Assembly (NCBI GenBank): GCA_045597865.1
Contig: JAZLKX010000052.1
Span: forward strand, 160,001 to 224,000
DNA: 64,000 bases
Direction of reading: 5' to 3'
Source: Bacilli bacterium
GTDB taxonomy: Bacteria; Bacillota_I; Bacilli_A; RFN20; CAG-826
The number at the start of each line of letters is the position of its first letter. The stretch's first letter is position 1. The translations under genes and the position numbers were made by a program. The notes below the pieces were generated by a model. The model did no database searches and was not told where the DNA came from. It saw only the letters and a program-made list of their open reading frames with translations. Positions 8,918 to 18,676 of the stretch are shown here, in pieces.

Positions 8918-10220
8918 TTGGAAACAAGAAGGATATGATCCGTCGCAGCATAATTGGCATAAAGGTGAGATTGACGGCTTGCCTCGTGGCGGTTATGCAA
9001 CAAATTATTTCTTTGCAGATACATTCCGCTGCATTGATACGGCCTTCGGTAGCTTTTTCAATAACATGCATATTTACCGTTTGACTAAAGAAGGTGAACC
9101 GAAAAAAGAAATTGAAATACCTATTAAGTACGGTCCAAGAACGAAAGCATTTGACTACCGTACTGAAAAGGAAACTGGTAAAAAGTATTACATACAGTTA
9201 CCTAACTTAACATATCAGCAGACTGGTGCTCAGTGGGCTAGCGACCGTGCTTCCGGACAGCGTGAAATAAGAACATTCTATGCTGATTATTTTGATAAGA
9301 ATGGCGTTGACTATCCAATGCAAGAAAAATTCTGGAAGGATATTCAGCCAGTGCCGTATGACATTACATACGAGTTAGTTGGACATTTTGAGTTCTTGGA
9401 CGATGCCAATCAGTTCGTTGAACAGATTCTTGGCCGATTTAGCCCTGAATGTTATTTGAATGTTAAGGAATTTTGGTTCGCAAATATCCGTCGTTCATTG
9501 AAGATGAAACTTGACTCATATTCACGCGAAGCAAACGTTGACTATCAAGAAGAAGAAAAACGCGAAATTACGGTTACTTTCCAATTTACCGTTGAAGCAA
9601 TGATCTATAAGCCGATTGAAATTGGCTACATCATTGACCAGATCGTTACTACATTGAAGGTAAACAAAGCTGGTACAGATCATGCCTGGCAGTTCGGCAT
9701 TAGCGGTAACTACGATGGCTCATTTGATAGCCGTTATAATTTCAAGGATATCTATGGGACTAAGATTGGACGAGTTTCGGCAGTAATTCCTGAAAGCACA
9801 ATTCCTGATTATGTTTATGAAGGCGGCGTAGCCAAATCATGGTCAGCCAGATATGCTTACGAAGAATACGCTGACATTACGAACTACCCATTTGGTTCTC
9901 GCCAGTTCTATGGCATAAGCGGTGTTCGCGATGATGACAAGAGCATTTATAATTCATTAGTGAAACCTGATGGCACACCTATCAATGAAGCATGTTCAGC
10001 CATCGTTGCATCAGCCGATAAAGACTGTACTTTCTGGTATGATGTTAAATGGTCAAACTGCTATACCACAATTAAGACGTACAAAGACCTATCAGGATAT
10101 GGTGATTTTACTTCCTCATCTGTTTTCCGCACTGGTACAAAGGACGCTGACCTTGGCACAAGAGTTGTCAAAGAAGCTCCGTACATCACATCTGCAGGGA
10201 TCTTGCACGAGGATAAATAA
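8910..10220 (+). CDS. tail sheath stabilizer / tail completion protein (T4 gp15-like) with C-terminal extension
   Basis: AFGSFFNN.HI.R, IPIKYGPR.K, PVPYDITYEL, QFVEQIL..F.P motifs. Confidence 0.85.
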   Translation: MSNWKQEGYDPSQHNWHKGEIDGLPRGGYATNYFFADTFRCIDTAFGSFFNNMHIYRLTKEGEPKKEIEIPIKYGPRTKAFDYRTEKETGKKYYIQLPNLTYQQTGAQWASDRASGQREIRTFYADYFDKNGVDYPMQEKFWKDIQPVPYDITYELVGHFEFLDDANQFVEQILGRFSPECYLNVKEFWFANIRRSLKMKLDSYSREANVDYQEEEKREITVTFQFTVEAMIYKPIEIGYIIDQIVTTLKVNKAGTDHAWQFGISGNYDGSFDSRYNFKDIYGTKIGRVSAVIPESTIPDYVYEGGVAKSWSARYAYEEYADITNYPFGSRQFYGISGVRDDDKSIYNSLVKPDGTPINEACSAIVASADKDCTFWYDVKWSNCYTTIKTYKDLSGYGDFTSSSVFRTGTKDADLGTRVVKEAPYITSAGILHEDK

Positions 10221-10251
10221 ATAAAACAGGAGTTAATTTTAGGAGATTTTC

Positions 10252-10770
10252 ATGAAGTATAAGAAGTTGAACGAATGTGGTGTTAACCGCGACCAACTCG
10301 AGGACGCTATTGACGCTTACATGGATCATTCTGATAAGTATGATGTTCCGTTTAGCCACACTGATATGCTAAAGTTTGTTGCTGAACAGCTCGGTCTTGA
10401 TGAGGACACAGTTGACAATGAATTTGGTAGAATCATTGATGCAGCCGTCAATTTTGATGAAGACGCTTATATCAATGCTTGCGATGCTAAATTCCGTGAA
10501 CAGGAACTAAAAGATTCTTTCATGGATTTTGTCCACAAGAAGCTTGCTCGTATGAACGAAGCTAAGGGACTTGATAAGGCTGAACTTATGAAGGATCCAG
10601 GCCTCGCTGCTTACCGCAAAACACAAGCATATCGTGCCTCTGACCAGGAAGGCAAATACCGTATGTTATGGCGCTATATTGTCAGCGAACATAGTGCTAA
10701 AGTAAAATCTGAAGATGAACTTGCTGATGTATGCATGGAAATTGCCATGTACGACGACCAACAGTTCTAA
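10252..10770 (+). CDS. hypothetical protein, probable head-internal protein
   Basis: Late promoter, AGGAG RBS, LNE and MNE protease-type sites. Confidence 0.6.
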   Translation: MKYKKLNECGVNRDQLEDAIDAYMDHSDKYDVPFSHTDMLKFVAEQLGLDEDTVDNEFGRIIDAAVNFDEDAYINACDAKFREQELKDSFMDFVHKKLARMNEAKGLDKAELMKDPGLAAYRKTQAYRASDQEGKYRMLWRYIVSEHSAKVKSEDELADVCMEIAMYDDQQF

Positions 10771-10794
10771 TAAATAAAAGAAAGGAGATTTAAC

Positions 10795-11202
10795 ATGAGT
10801 TTTAAGACATGGCTTCATAACGATTACAGAGCAATGAACGAAGAAGCGGACCAGGGTCCACTCGACGTTGAAGCTGCAGTTGACCAGCAAGCTACCGCAG
10901 CTGAAGCAAACAAACAGGGCGCAGCACCTTCCAAGTTTGGTGAATATCTTGTTGCCCAGGATTTGACTGAACATCTAGCAAAGCTTGGTTCCGATGTTGG
11001 TGACGCTGTTTTGAACTTCGCAACAAAGACATTCGTTAAGCCGGAAATGTTTGATAGCAAGGACGCTTATGATAAGTATATCAATGCTATGAATCAGAAG
11101 ATTGGCCTTGACTATAAAAAGAAGATGATTGAAGTTTTGAGCAATGCTGGTGTCTTCATTGAAAACACTAAGCGTTCTCTTGGTAAGAAATCTTCTACCT
11201 AA
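10795..11202 (+). CDS. hypothetical protein, probable head-internal protein
   Basis: MSFKTWL...MNE leader similar to a T4 capsid targeting sequence; late promoter. Confidence 0.6.
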   Translation: MSFKTWLHNDYRAMNEEADQGPLDVEAAVDQQATAAEANKQGAAPSKFGEYLVAQDLTEHLAKLGSDVGDAVLNFATKTFVKPEMFDSKDAYDKYINAMNQKIGLDYKKKMIEVLSNAGVFIENTKRSLGKKSST

Positions 11203-11233
11203 GATTTTGCTTCTTAACTAATCAACTCCTTGG

Positions 11234-11261
11234 AAGACCGAGCATTTGCTCGGTCTTTTTT
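11234..11261 (+). terminator. rho-independent terminator
   Basis: AAGACCGAGC-ATTT-GCTCGGTCTT followed by a T run. Confidence 0.85.
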
Positions 11262-11290
11262 CATTGGATAAATATATTGGAGGATGATTT

Positions 11291-11791
11291 ATGATTAAAA
11301 CCATTTACTTAGATATGGACGGCGTTTTAGCTGATTTTGAGAAAGGCTGTAAAGACGGCGGTATTATGGGCGACAATGGTAGACCCATTTGGCCTAAGCT
11401 TTTTAAAGCAGGTCCTGACTTTTGGGCTAACCTAGCATGGATGCCAGGTGCACAAACATTCTATACATGGCTAAACAAGTTCTGTAAAGACAATAAGATT
11501 GACCTGTGCATTCTAAGTGCAGCAGGTAAAACAGGTTGGAAAGCTGCTGATACTGGTAAAAAGGATTGGTTGGCTAAGAACTGTCCTGAAATTCCACAGC
11601 AGAACATTTATATCGTTCAGACTGGCGATGGCGTATCTGCTGCTGAAAAGAAAGCAAAGCATGCAAAAGACAATGCACTGCTAATTGATGATTATGGTAA
11701 GAACATCAATGCTTTCATTATGGCTGGTGGTCAGGCTATCAAATACGAAGATCCTAAAAAGGTAAGAGACGCTATCTTGGAGCTTGTATAA
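11291..11791 (+). CDS. HAD-family 5'(3')-deoxyribonucleotidase-like protein
   Basis: IYLDMDGVLADF, ILS, K..WL, LLIDD motifs. Confidence 0.85.
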   Translation: MIKTIYLDMDGVLADFEKGCKDGGIMGDNGRPIWPKLFKAGPDFWANLAWMPGAQTFYTWLNKFCKDNKIDLCILSAAGKTGWKAADTGKKDWLAKNCPEIPQQNIYIVQTGDGVSAAEKKAKHAKDNALLIDDYGKNINAFIMAGGQAIKYEDPKKVRDAILELV

Positions 11792-12642
11792 TGACCGACT
11801 TTGCCTCAGAATTTGCTCGTGTATTTGGTAACGGCTGCGATGTCAAGAATACTGACTGGAACGGCAAGCGTTATTTTGATAGTCTGAACAACCCTGACTA
11901 TGAAGCTGAACATGCACTAGCACAATCTCTTACTTCTGAGGCTTATATGCAGTCAGGCTTTAGCGTCCAGTATTTTATAAAGAAGAACTCAGTTGACCGC
12001 GATAAACTGTATGGCGAAGACGCTTTAGAAAACTTTGAAAGACGCTTTAAGTTACAGGTATATGCCGACAGCGTGCCAAGCCTGCAGAAAATGTATCAAC
12101 TGCAAGGTATGATCTATACTGAAATCGTTACAGTGCAAGCAACCATCATGCATTTTGAAGAAGCGTCAACTGTTGACTTTGTTACCGGCGAAGCATCATG
12201 GCCGGCTGCCGTGCCTGCTATTGGTGATGTGATGTATTTCCCTTGGTGTGACCTTTACTATGAAGTTTTGAATGTAAAGGAATTTGCTGAAGGCACTGCA
12301 TTCCTGTCAAGGCCAATTACATATACATTCAGCTTGCGTGTTTGGCGTAATTCGCATGAAGATGTTGATATTGCTCAGGCCAATGATGATAAGATGGAAC
12401 ACCTACGCAGCTATGTTGAACTGTCTGAAGTGTTTGATATGAATCATAAGACTTCACCTACTGAACACGAAAATGAAAGCCTTGGCATTGCTGAGGATAT
12501 TCCATTGCCTACATCAAAGGTAAAAGCTGATGGTGATGTTTTAGCCATCAATCGTAATTTAGAAAATGATACCAATTCACAAGTACTTTGGAAAAATCGT
12601 GAAAAAGACAAGCCGTCAGTTGACCCTTGGGCTGGCTGGTAA
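11791..12642 (+). CDS. neck / head completion protein (T4 gp14-like)
   Basis: E..L.QSL..EA....G..V.Y, DKLYGED, P.IGDV.YFP, YEV..V pattern. Confidence 0.75.
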   Translation: MTDFASEFARVFGNGCDVKNTDWNGKRYFDSLNNPDYEAEHALAQSLTSEAYMQSGFSVQYFIKKNSVDRDKLYGEDALENFERRFKLQVYADSVPSLQKMYQLQGMIYTEIVTVQATIMHFEEASTVDFVTGEASWPAAVPAIGDVMYFPWCDLYYEVLNVKEFAEGTAFLSRPITYTFSLRVWRNSHEDVDIAQANDDKMEHLRSYVELSEVFDMNHKTSPTEHENESLGIAEDIPLPTSKVKADGDVLAINRNLENDTNSQVLWKNREKDKPSVDPWAGW

Positions 12643-12666
12643 TAAATAATTCAAAGAGGATTTAAT

Positions 12667-13923
12667 ATGGAAGGAAATGTTAGGGATAAACTATTTGATA
12701 ATGCAGTGGACTTAGCCGATGAAGACGGCTATATTGATGAAGTTGACCTTACCGTTCAACCGTGGAATAGAACAACGGTTGCTGATGGCCAATGGTTAAA
12801 TGACCATGCCATTAAACCACTAAGCTCACGTGATTTGTTTCTAGCCGACTGCATTGACGCAGCAAATTTACAAATTAAAACAATTTCAGCAAACCTTGCT
12901 GCTATTGGTGTTGGTGGAGATGGCAGTGGATCATCTGGAACAAATGGTATAGTTGCTAGTAAGCTGGGAAGATCAAACACAACATTCTCAGATAACAGCG
13001 ATAACATGAATGATAGGAGTGTTGCCCGTGTGCCGGGAGGTCTTGCCGACACCGTTCAGCCGGCATATTCATTGCAGTATTTTGGTTTTGGCCCTAAGGC
13101 TTTAGGAGATGAAAACCTACCAAAAAATTTAATTAAGCAGGACAAAAACGCAATCATTCAAGCAAACATGCATACAGGAATCGCTAGTCAGATTGCATTA
13201 ACACCTAGCGGCATGTATTATCGTGGCATTGAAGACTTATTTCCGTCCGACTATGTAGTACGAAATCCAAAAGATTTCTTACAAGTAATGATGAGTCCAG
13301 TTTTAACAACTGATACATCTGGCGTCATTAATTATAGTACTGACACAAATACATTTAGCATAGTTGCTTTGCCAGCTGCTACAACGGCGGTAACTGGTGT
13401 TTCTGGAAGTCATCTTATATTAACTGATAATAAGGTACATTTTGCATCTACTTTTGCCAGCGACAAATTATATTTTGTGTGTAAGTCTGGATTTAAAGAA
13501 TATACAGCACCACAGCCGCAATTAAAAACAGATGGTGGTCTTAGCGCCGATGCTCAAGGCGGACTTCAACTTGCTATGCCTAAACAAGACGGGATGTTTG
13601 CTTTTAACTATAATAAAAACGCTGGTACGGTCACGCCTACATCATTTTCTCTACCAACATATGAAACGACAATATCTGCATTTAGTGCAGACGAAGTTAA
13701 CTCATTTACAGATAATGGTTATATTTCCAAGGCTGGTACTACAATTACACCATTTATTGTTGTGAAAGACTCAGAAGGCAAAGATCCTAATCAAGGAAGA
13801 CTAGGCGTAAATGTTAATTTCCTTCTAAATGGTTTTGCTGTTAATGACACCGGATCAGCATTAGATCAGGTATTAACTGATTTTGAAATCCGCATCGCTG
13901 CACTGGAACAGAAGCTTAACTAA
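12667..13923 (+). CDS. putative structural/fibre protein
   Basis: Late promoter; WN..TVADGQWLN..AIKPL..RD.FL N-terminus; C-terminal coiled coil RIAALEQK. Confidence 0.5.
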   Translation: MEGNVRDKLFDNAVDLADEDGYIDEVDLTVQPWNRTTVADGQWLNDHAIKPLSSRDLFLADCIDAANLQIKTISANLAAIGVGGDGSGSSGTNGIVASKLGRSNTTFSDNSDNMNDRSVARVPGGLADTVQPAYSLQYFGFGPKALGDENLPKNLIKQDKNAIIQANMHTGIASQIALTPSGMYYRGIEDLFPSDYVVRNPKDFLQVMMSPVLTTDTSGVINYSTDTNTFSIVALPAATTAVTGVSGSHLILTDNKVHFASTFASDKLYFVCKSGFKEYTAPQPQLKTDGGLSADAQGGLQLAMPKQDGMFAFNYNKNAGTVTPTSFSLPTYETTISAFSADEVNSFTDNGYISKAGTTITPFIVVKDSEGKDPNQGRLGVNVNFLLNGFAVNDTGSALDQVLTDFEIRIAALEQKLN

Positions 13924-13952
13924 CGGATAATAACCAACAATTTAATTCAAAT

Positions 13953-13979
13953 AAGACGGCGTAGAAACGCCGTCTTTTT
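13953..13979 (+). terminator. rho-independent terminator
   Basis: AAGACGGCG stem plus T run. Confidence 0.85.
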
Positions 13980-14070
13980 GTGTTTGCATTCTAATAAATA
14001 AAATAAATTAGTTCAAAAAATGTGAGTGAGTGATTTTATTAGATGTTTAATTTGCTAAAAGAGGTATTTT

Positions 14071-17000
14071 ATGGCAAAGTATTCAGTTCCGGGAATTAGA
14101 TTTACCGAGATTGATAATTCTGTCCGTACCAACGCCGAACCAGGCCTTGGTATTGGTGCTATCGTCATGAAGTCCAATAAAGGCCCTGTTAACCAGCGCA
14201 TTATGACTTCCTCTTACGATGAATTTACAAGAATTTTTGGCCAGCCTGAAGAACTAACTGACTATGGTCACTTCGCTGCTGAAAATTATCTTACTAACTC
14301 AAATCAGCTTTTCGCTATCCGTGCCACAATGGGTGACGAACAGTATGCTCAGATTCAGTTTCCTTATTCTGATGCTGAAGCAGATTACCGCTATCAGTCT
14401 CAGGACGTATCGCAGTTTAAGTATGTAAACAACGAAGATGTATCTGACCTTGTTTTGCTTGATCCGCTTGATGGTCCTGATGTAGGCGTTGACCTTTATA
14501 CATTTACAGGCAATAACGAATACAATGCGCCAAATGCTGATAAGCACTTTTATGTTAATCAACGTGCACAATTCTGCACGATTAGAGATTTAATCACTGA
14601 CGCTGCACCGGCCGTAGCTGTTTTCAAGACTGTTGGTGATGACACTGTTAGCTTAGATACAGTAGCTCCTGTTTCCGCTGGTGCTGGTGTGTATGTTGAA
14701 TATGCACAGAACGTTTCTAGAGATGGTACTATCACTAAGAAATATGATGACCTTATCTTCAAAAAGGAAGTCTGGGATAATACTGAACGCAAGATTTTGG
14801 CAAATCAGTGCATTATTCCTACGACTGCATATAGCATCGTAAACATTGATAATGAAGAAGTGAAGGGTTATAAGGTGCAGTTCACTGTGCCATCAGCTGA
14901 TACATTGGACGAACATAATGTCGCTGTTACCTGTTGGCTCACTGAATCATGTGTTGCATCTCTCTCCGCAAGCCAGTTGTCATACTCACAGCTATTCCAG
15001 AACTATAATTTCTATAAGGGTAAGTTAAGTACTTCAGCTGAAGGCTACTGTGATGATCCTGCAGCAGCAACTAAACTAGAGTTTATTGACTGGGATGATT
15101 TGAACACCAAGACATATTATGTTAAGGACAATGATATTGCTAATACCGTTGGTCAGGCTGCTGCTATTGCATACCGTGAATATGGCATGGCTGATACTGC
15201 TGAATCTTTGATTATGGTTGATGAAGGCAACTATAAGCTAAGCATCGCAAAGGTTCCTGATGTTATTCGTCAGGTAGAAAAAACTGATGACGAAGGTAAC
15301 GTTATTGAGGAAAATGGCCGCAAGCTCATGACACGCATTGCTGCTGAATATGGTCTTGACCTGGCTGACATCAACAATGACAAATTCTCGCTGCTTTCAT
15401 ACTGTGATGTTTGGTCTGGTAAACTGAATGACAGCGATGCAGCTGCTGAAAAGGAATATGCCGACGAAATCCGTTGCTACAAGATCATTTATACTGAATC
15501 TATGGATGGCTACTTGACCGATCCGACTAAGTATAATGAAAACTTGTTCTGGGTTATTTCTAAGAAGGATTCTCGCAAGACACAGCTACTATCTGTTTAT
15601 ACTGCTGCTATGCCTGATCTTGTAACCATTCCTTGGCAGGACGGCATGATTAACAACAACGCATCAGAAGCTAACAGAACTTCAATCACTAAGATGGTTG
15701 CTTATCCTACTTCCGAAGTACTTAACGGTACAAACGGAACATATAAGGACGGTTACACCATGACTATAGAATCCGATGAAGAACCTGGTAATGGTGACGT
15801 TGAACAGTATGTTTCAAATAAGCAGAATCAGCTTATCATCACATCTATCGGCCCTGGTAAATACGGTAACGATATTGGCGTTAGCGTGATTACCAACGAA
15901 TGTGCTGATATTCCAGCACTTAACCACCAGAACGCATTCTGCTGGAAGTACAAATATGATGACGAAGATCTGGTAAATACTGATGATCCTAGTGTTGACT
16001 TCACATGGAAGAAGGTATATCGTATCAACGTTTACGCTAAGCTCAAGACACAAACTGCTGAAGCAGCTTGGGGCACCGGCATGGACGCATTGCTGAAGGA
16101 TCCGGTTGAATCTTGGTTCGTTTCTAACGATCCGCAGGCTAAGGACGGTGAAGGCAATAGCTTGTATGCACCGAACGTTATTAACGGTCACTCTGAATAC
16201 ATCTATGTTAGCCGTTCATCAGTAACTGACGCTATGTCTGGTGTCGGTACATACGCTCAGCCTGTCCAAACTTTCGCTATCTATGGTTTGACTGGTGGTA
16301 TTAACTCTAAGAAGAACAATATCGCTGAAAAGACTGCTGCCTTGAAACTTTACGTTGACCGTCAGAAGTCTGATTTTGATATCTTGTTCAACGTTGAAGC
16401 TATTGACACATTCAATGGCAAGCAGCGCTATGCATCACATCAGCGTCGTATTGCTGAAATCGCTGCTTCAAGAACAATGGACATCGGCGTTGTTCAGCTT
16501 ACATCTAAGGAAGCTATGACTATTAAGCGTCAGTTGAGCGAAGGTAAGGGATTCTCCTTCAACAATGGTTCCTATGTGGCACCATACGCTGGATACGATA
16601 AGTACTATAACACAACATTGGCATCATGGATTTACTTGCCGAAGTCAGTAGCTGCTGCTTGTTCTATGGCAAACTGCGATATGCGTTACTACCCGTGGAT
16701 GGCACCTGCTGGCGTTCTGCGCGGTACCATTGCATATACCACTAACCAGCTTGCTCGTTTGAGCGATGATGAAATTGGTCAGTTGTACGACAACAACATC
16801 AATACATCTCGTCTCTGCGGTGCTTACGGTGAAGTTCTTTGGGGTCAGAAAACTGCTCTTAAGAAGGAATCCGCTTTGAACCGTATCAACGTTCGCCGTT
16901 GCATGAACTACATTGAAAAGCAGCTTGAACAGATGATGACACCGTACTTGTTCCAGCAGAACACAGCAAATACTCGTGCATCTGCAAAGAACTCCATTGA

Positions 17001-17184
17001 TTCCTTCTTGAGCCGCGTCAAGGCTGCCGAAGGTATCATTGATTACGCAACATCAGTTGTTGAAGATGACGATGATCCGCATATCATGCTCGTTAACATC
17101 ACCGTTAAGCCTGCTGAATCTATCGAGTTCATCGATGTTAAGATTACCGTAACTCGTGATTCCGTTACTACTGAAGAAGGCTAA
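14071..17184 (+). CDS. tail sheath protein (T4 gp18-like) with a large insertion domain
   Basis: SVPGIRFTEID, GPVNQ, FGQP, PWMAPAG..RG, LWGQKT, LNRINVRR, KPAESIEFI. Confidence 0.93.
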   Translation: MAKYSVPGIRFTEIDNSVRTNAEPGLGIGAIVMKSNKGPVNQRIMTSSYDEFTRIFGQPEELTDYGHFAAENYLTNSNQLFAIRATMGDEQYAQIQFPYSDAEADYRYQSQDVSQFKYVNNEDVSDLVLLDPLDGPDVGVDLYTFTGNNEYNAPNADKHFYVNQRAQFCTIRDLITDAAPAVAVFKTVGDDTVSLDTVAPVSAGAGVYVEYAQNVSRDGTITKKYDDLIFKKEVWDNTERKILANQCIIPTTAYSIVNIDNEEVKGYKVQFTVPSADTLDEHNVAVTCWLTESCVASLSASQLSYSQLFQNYNFYKGKLSTSAEGYCDDPAAATKLEFIDWDDLNTKTYYVKDNDIANTVGQAAAIAYREYGMADTAESLIMVDEGNYKLSIAKVPDVIRQVEKTDDEGNVIEENGRKLMTRIAAEYGLDLADINNDKFSLLSYCDVWSGKLNDSDAAAEKEYADEIRCYKIIYTESMDGYLTDPTKYNENLFWVISKKDSRKTQLLSVYTAAMPDLVTIPWQDGMINNNASEANRTSITKMVAYPTSEVLNGTNGTYKDGYTMTIESDEEPGNGDVEQYVSNKQNQLIITSIGPGKYGNDIGVSVITNECADIPALNHQNAFCWKYKYDDEDLVNTDDPSVDFTWKKVYRINVYAKLKTQTAEAAWGTGMDALLKDPVESWFVSNDPQAKDGEGNSLYAPNVINGHSEYIYVSRSSVTDAMSGVGTYAQPVQTFAIYGLTGGINSKKNNIAEKTAALKLYVDRQKSDFDILFNVEAIDTFNGKQRYASHQRRIAEIAASRTMDIGVVQLTSKEAMTIKRQLSEGKGFSFNNGSYVAPYAGYDKYYNTTLASWIYLPKSVAAACSMANCDMRYYPWMAPAGVLRGTIAYTTNQLARLSDDEIGQLYDNNINTSRLCGAYGEVLWGQKTALKKESALNRINVRRCMNYIEKQLEQMMTPYLFQQNTANTRASAKNSIDSFLSRVKAAEGIIDYATSVVEDDDDPHIMLVNITVKPAESIEFIDVKITVTRDSVTTEEG

Positions 17185-17215
17185 TCGCTAACTCAATCAA
17201 AAACGGACAATTTTG

Positions 17216-17243
17216 AACCTGCTCAGAAATGGGCAGGTTTTTT
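17216..17243 (+). terminator. rho-independent terminator
   Basis: AACCTGCTC...GGGCAGGTT plus T run. Confidence 0.8.
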
Positions 17244-17294
17244 GTTATATTTTGTTGGTATAAATACTACATAAATTTATTAGTGAGGTGATTT

Positions 17295-18569
17295 ATGAGT
17301 AACATTAGATGGGTATCATTTCAGCCGCTCGTGGGAGGAATGGTACTCGGTGCAGAAAATGCTTTTGGCTGTAAGCCGGTTTGTAACATTGACTTTGAAG
17401 GTCCAGATAAAGGCAATTCGTCTGCCTATATGTATTATCAGAACGAAGTAAAGAAAGCTGGTTTGAAGCACCTGATTCTTAATGGTGGTATTCTTTCAAT
17501 GAGCACCGAATTTAAGGATCCGACCGACGAAGAATGGTTTGTTAAGAACTGCCAGAACATTGATGTTGTTTCAGCGGTGCCTATCTGCTCAGGCTTGTCT
17601 GCAGCTAACGCAGTCAATGATAGCTCAAAGGCTACTAAGCGTGGTGCTGATGCCCAGCAGAATAACAATATGTATGGTATCGCAAAGATGACTTTTGAAC
17701 GCATCAAGCCAAAGGTATTCATCTTTGAAAATGCTCCTGCTTTGTTCACCAACTGTGGTAAGCCTGTCCGTGATAAGATTATGGAAATGGGCACAGCAAA
17801 TGGCTACTGCGTTACTTGGGTAAAGACAAATACCAATAAGCACGGCAACCCGCAGTATCGTTCTCGTACATTTGGTATCTTCTGGAAGGATACACAGACA
17901 CCTCAGCTTAAGTATGTGAATAAGCCGCATGCTTCTATCGTTGAATATCTAAGCACTATTGACCCTAAGGCAGAATACAATACATTGGAATATGCCAATA
18001 ACACAAAGGTTGGCGAAAGCGGTTGGTATAAGTACGCTAAGGCTAAGTTTGGCGATAATTGGCGTGACTGTATCGCTGGTAAGCTTGGATTCTGGGCACC
18101 GTTCCTTTCTGAATTTAGCAAGACAGGCAAATATGACTTCTCTGAACTTAAGCCTTATCTGAATGAAAAGGAATTGAAGATGGTTGAACACATTGAATAT
18201 AAGCTCTCAATTCATAAGGGCTTTATGGACTGTTCAACACCTGTCTATAAGGGACCGAATGATATTCCGACCGTATTCCACCGCCATATTCAGACGCTTG
18301 TACACCCAACAGAACTTCGTGGCTACACACTTCGTGAATTGATGAAGTTCATGGGTATGCCTGACGATTTCGTCTGGCCGAACGCTAAGAAGACACATAT
18401 TTGGGTATCGCAGAACGTTCCCGTTGTTACTTCTCAGGATTGGCACGCTCAAATTCGTGAATACCTTGAAGGAAAGCTTCCAGGCACAGGCGAAAAGGAA
18501 ACATACTTTAACAATGAAAAGGGTGAACCTGAAAAATCATTGTTAGAAGACATGTTGAATAACGGTTAA
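17295..18569 (+). CDS. C5-cytosine DNA methyltransferase (phage type)
   Basis: PICSGLS catalytic Cys, PKVFIFENAP, HGNPQYRSRTF, TLRE...MGMPDDF, SQNVPV; motif I is degenerate. Confidence 0.85.
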   Translation: MSNIRWVSFQPLVGGMVLGAENAFGCKPVCNIDFEGPDKGNSSAYMYYQNEVKKAGLKHLILNGGILSMSTEFKDPTDEEWFVKNCQNIDVVSAVPICSGLSAANAVNDSSKATKRGADAQQNNNMYGIAKMTFERIKPKVFIFENAPALFTNCGKPVRDKIMEMGTANGYCVTWVKTNTNKHGNPQYRSRTFGIFWKDTQTPQLKYVNKPHASIVEYLSTIDPKAEYNTLEYANNTKVGESGWYKYAKAKFGDNWRDCIAGKLGFWAPFLSEFSKTGKYDFSELKPYLNEKELKMVEHIEYKLSIHKGFMDCSTPVYKGPNDIPTVFHRHIQTLVHPTELRGYTLRELMKFMGMPDDFVWPNAKKTHIWVSQNVPVVTSQDWHAQIREYLEGKLPGTGEKETYFNNEKGEPEKSLLEDMLNNG

Positions 18570-18581
18570 TAAACTGTACAT

Positions 18582-18611
18582 AGACGGTCAATAAGAATTG
18601 GCCGTCTTTTT
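18582..18611 (+). terminator. rho-independent terminator
   Basis: AGACGGTCAA...TTGGCCGTCT plus T run. Confidence 0.8.
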
Positions 18612-18676
18612 AGTCTTAAGAAATTATTTTGTTATCAGTTTAGCAAAACCAACATAAACTTTATTAAATTTGTTAT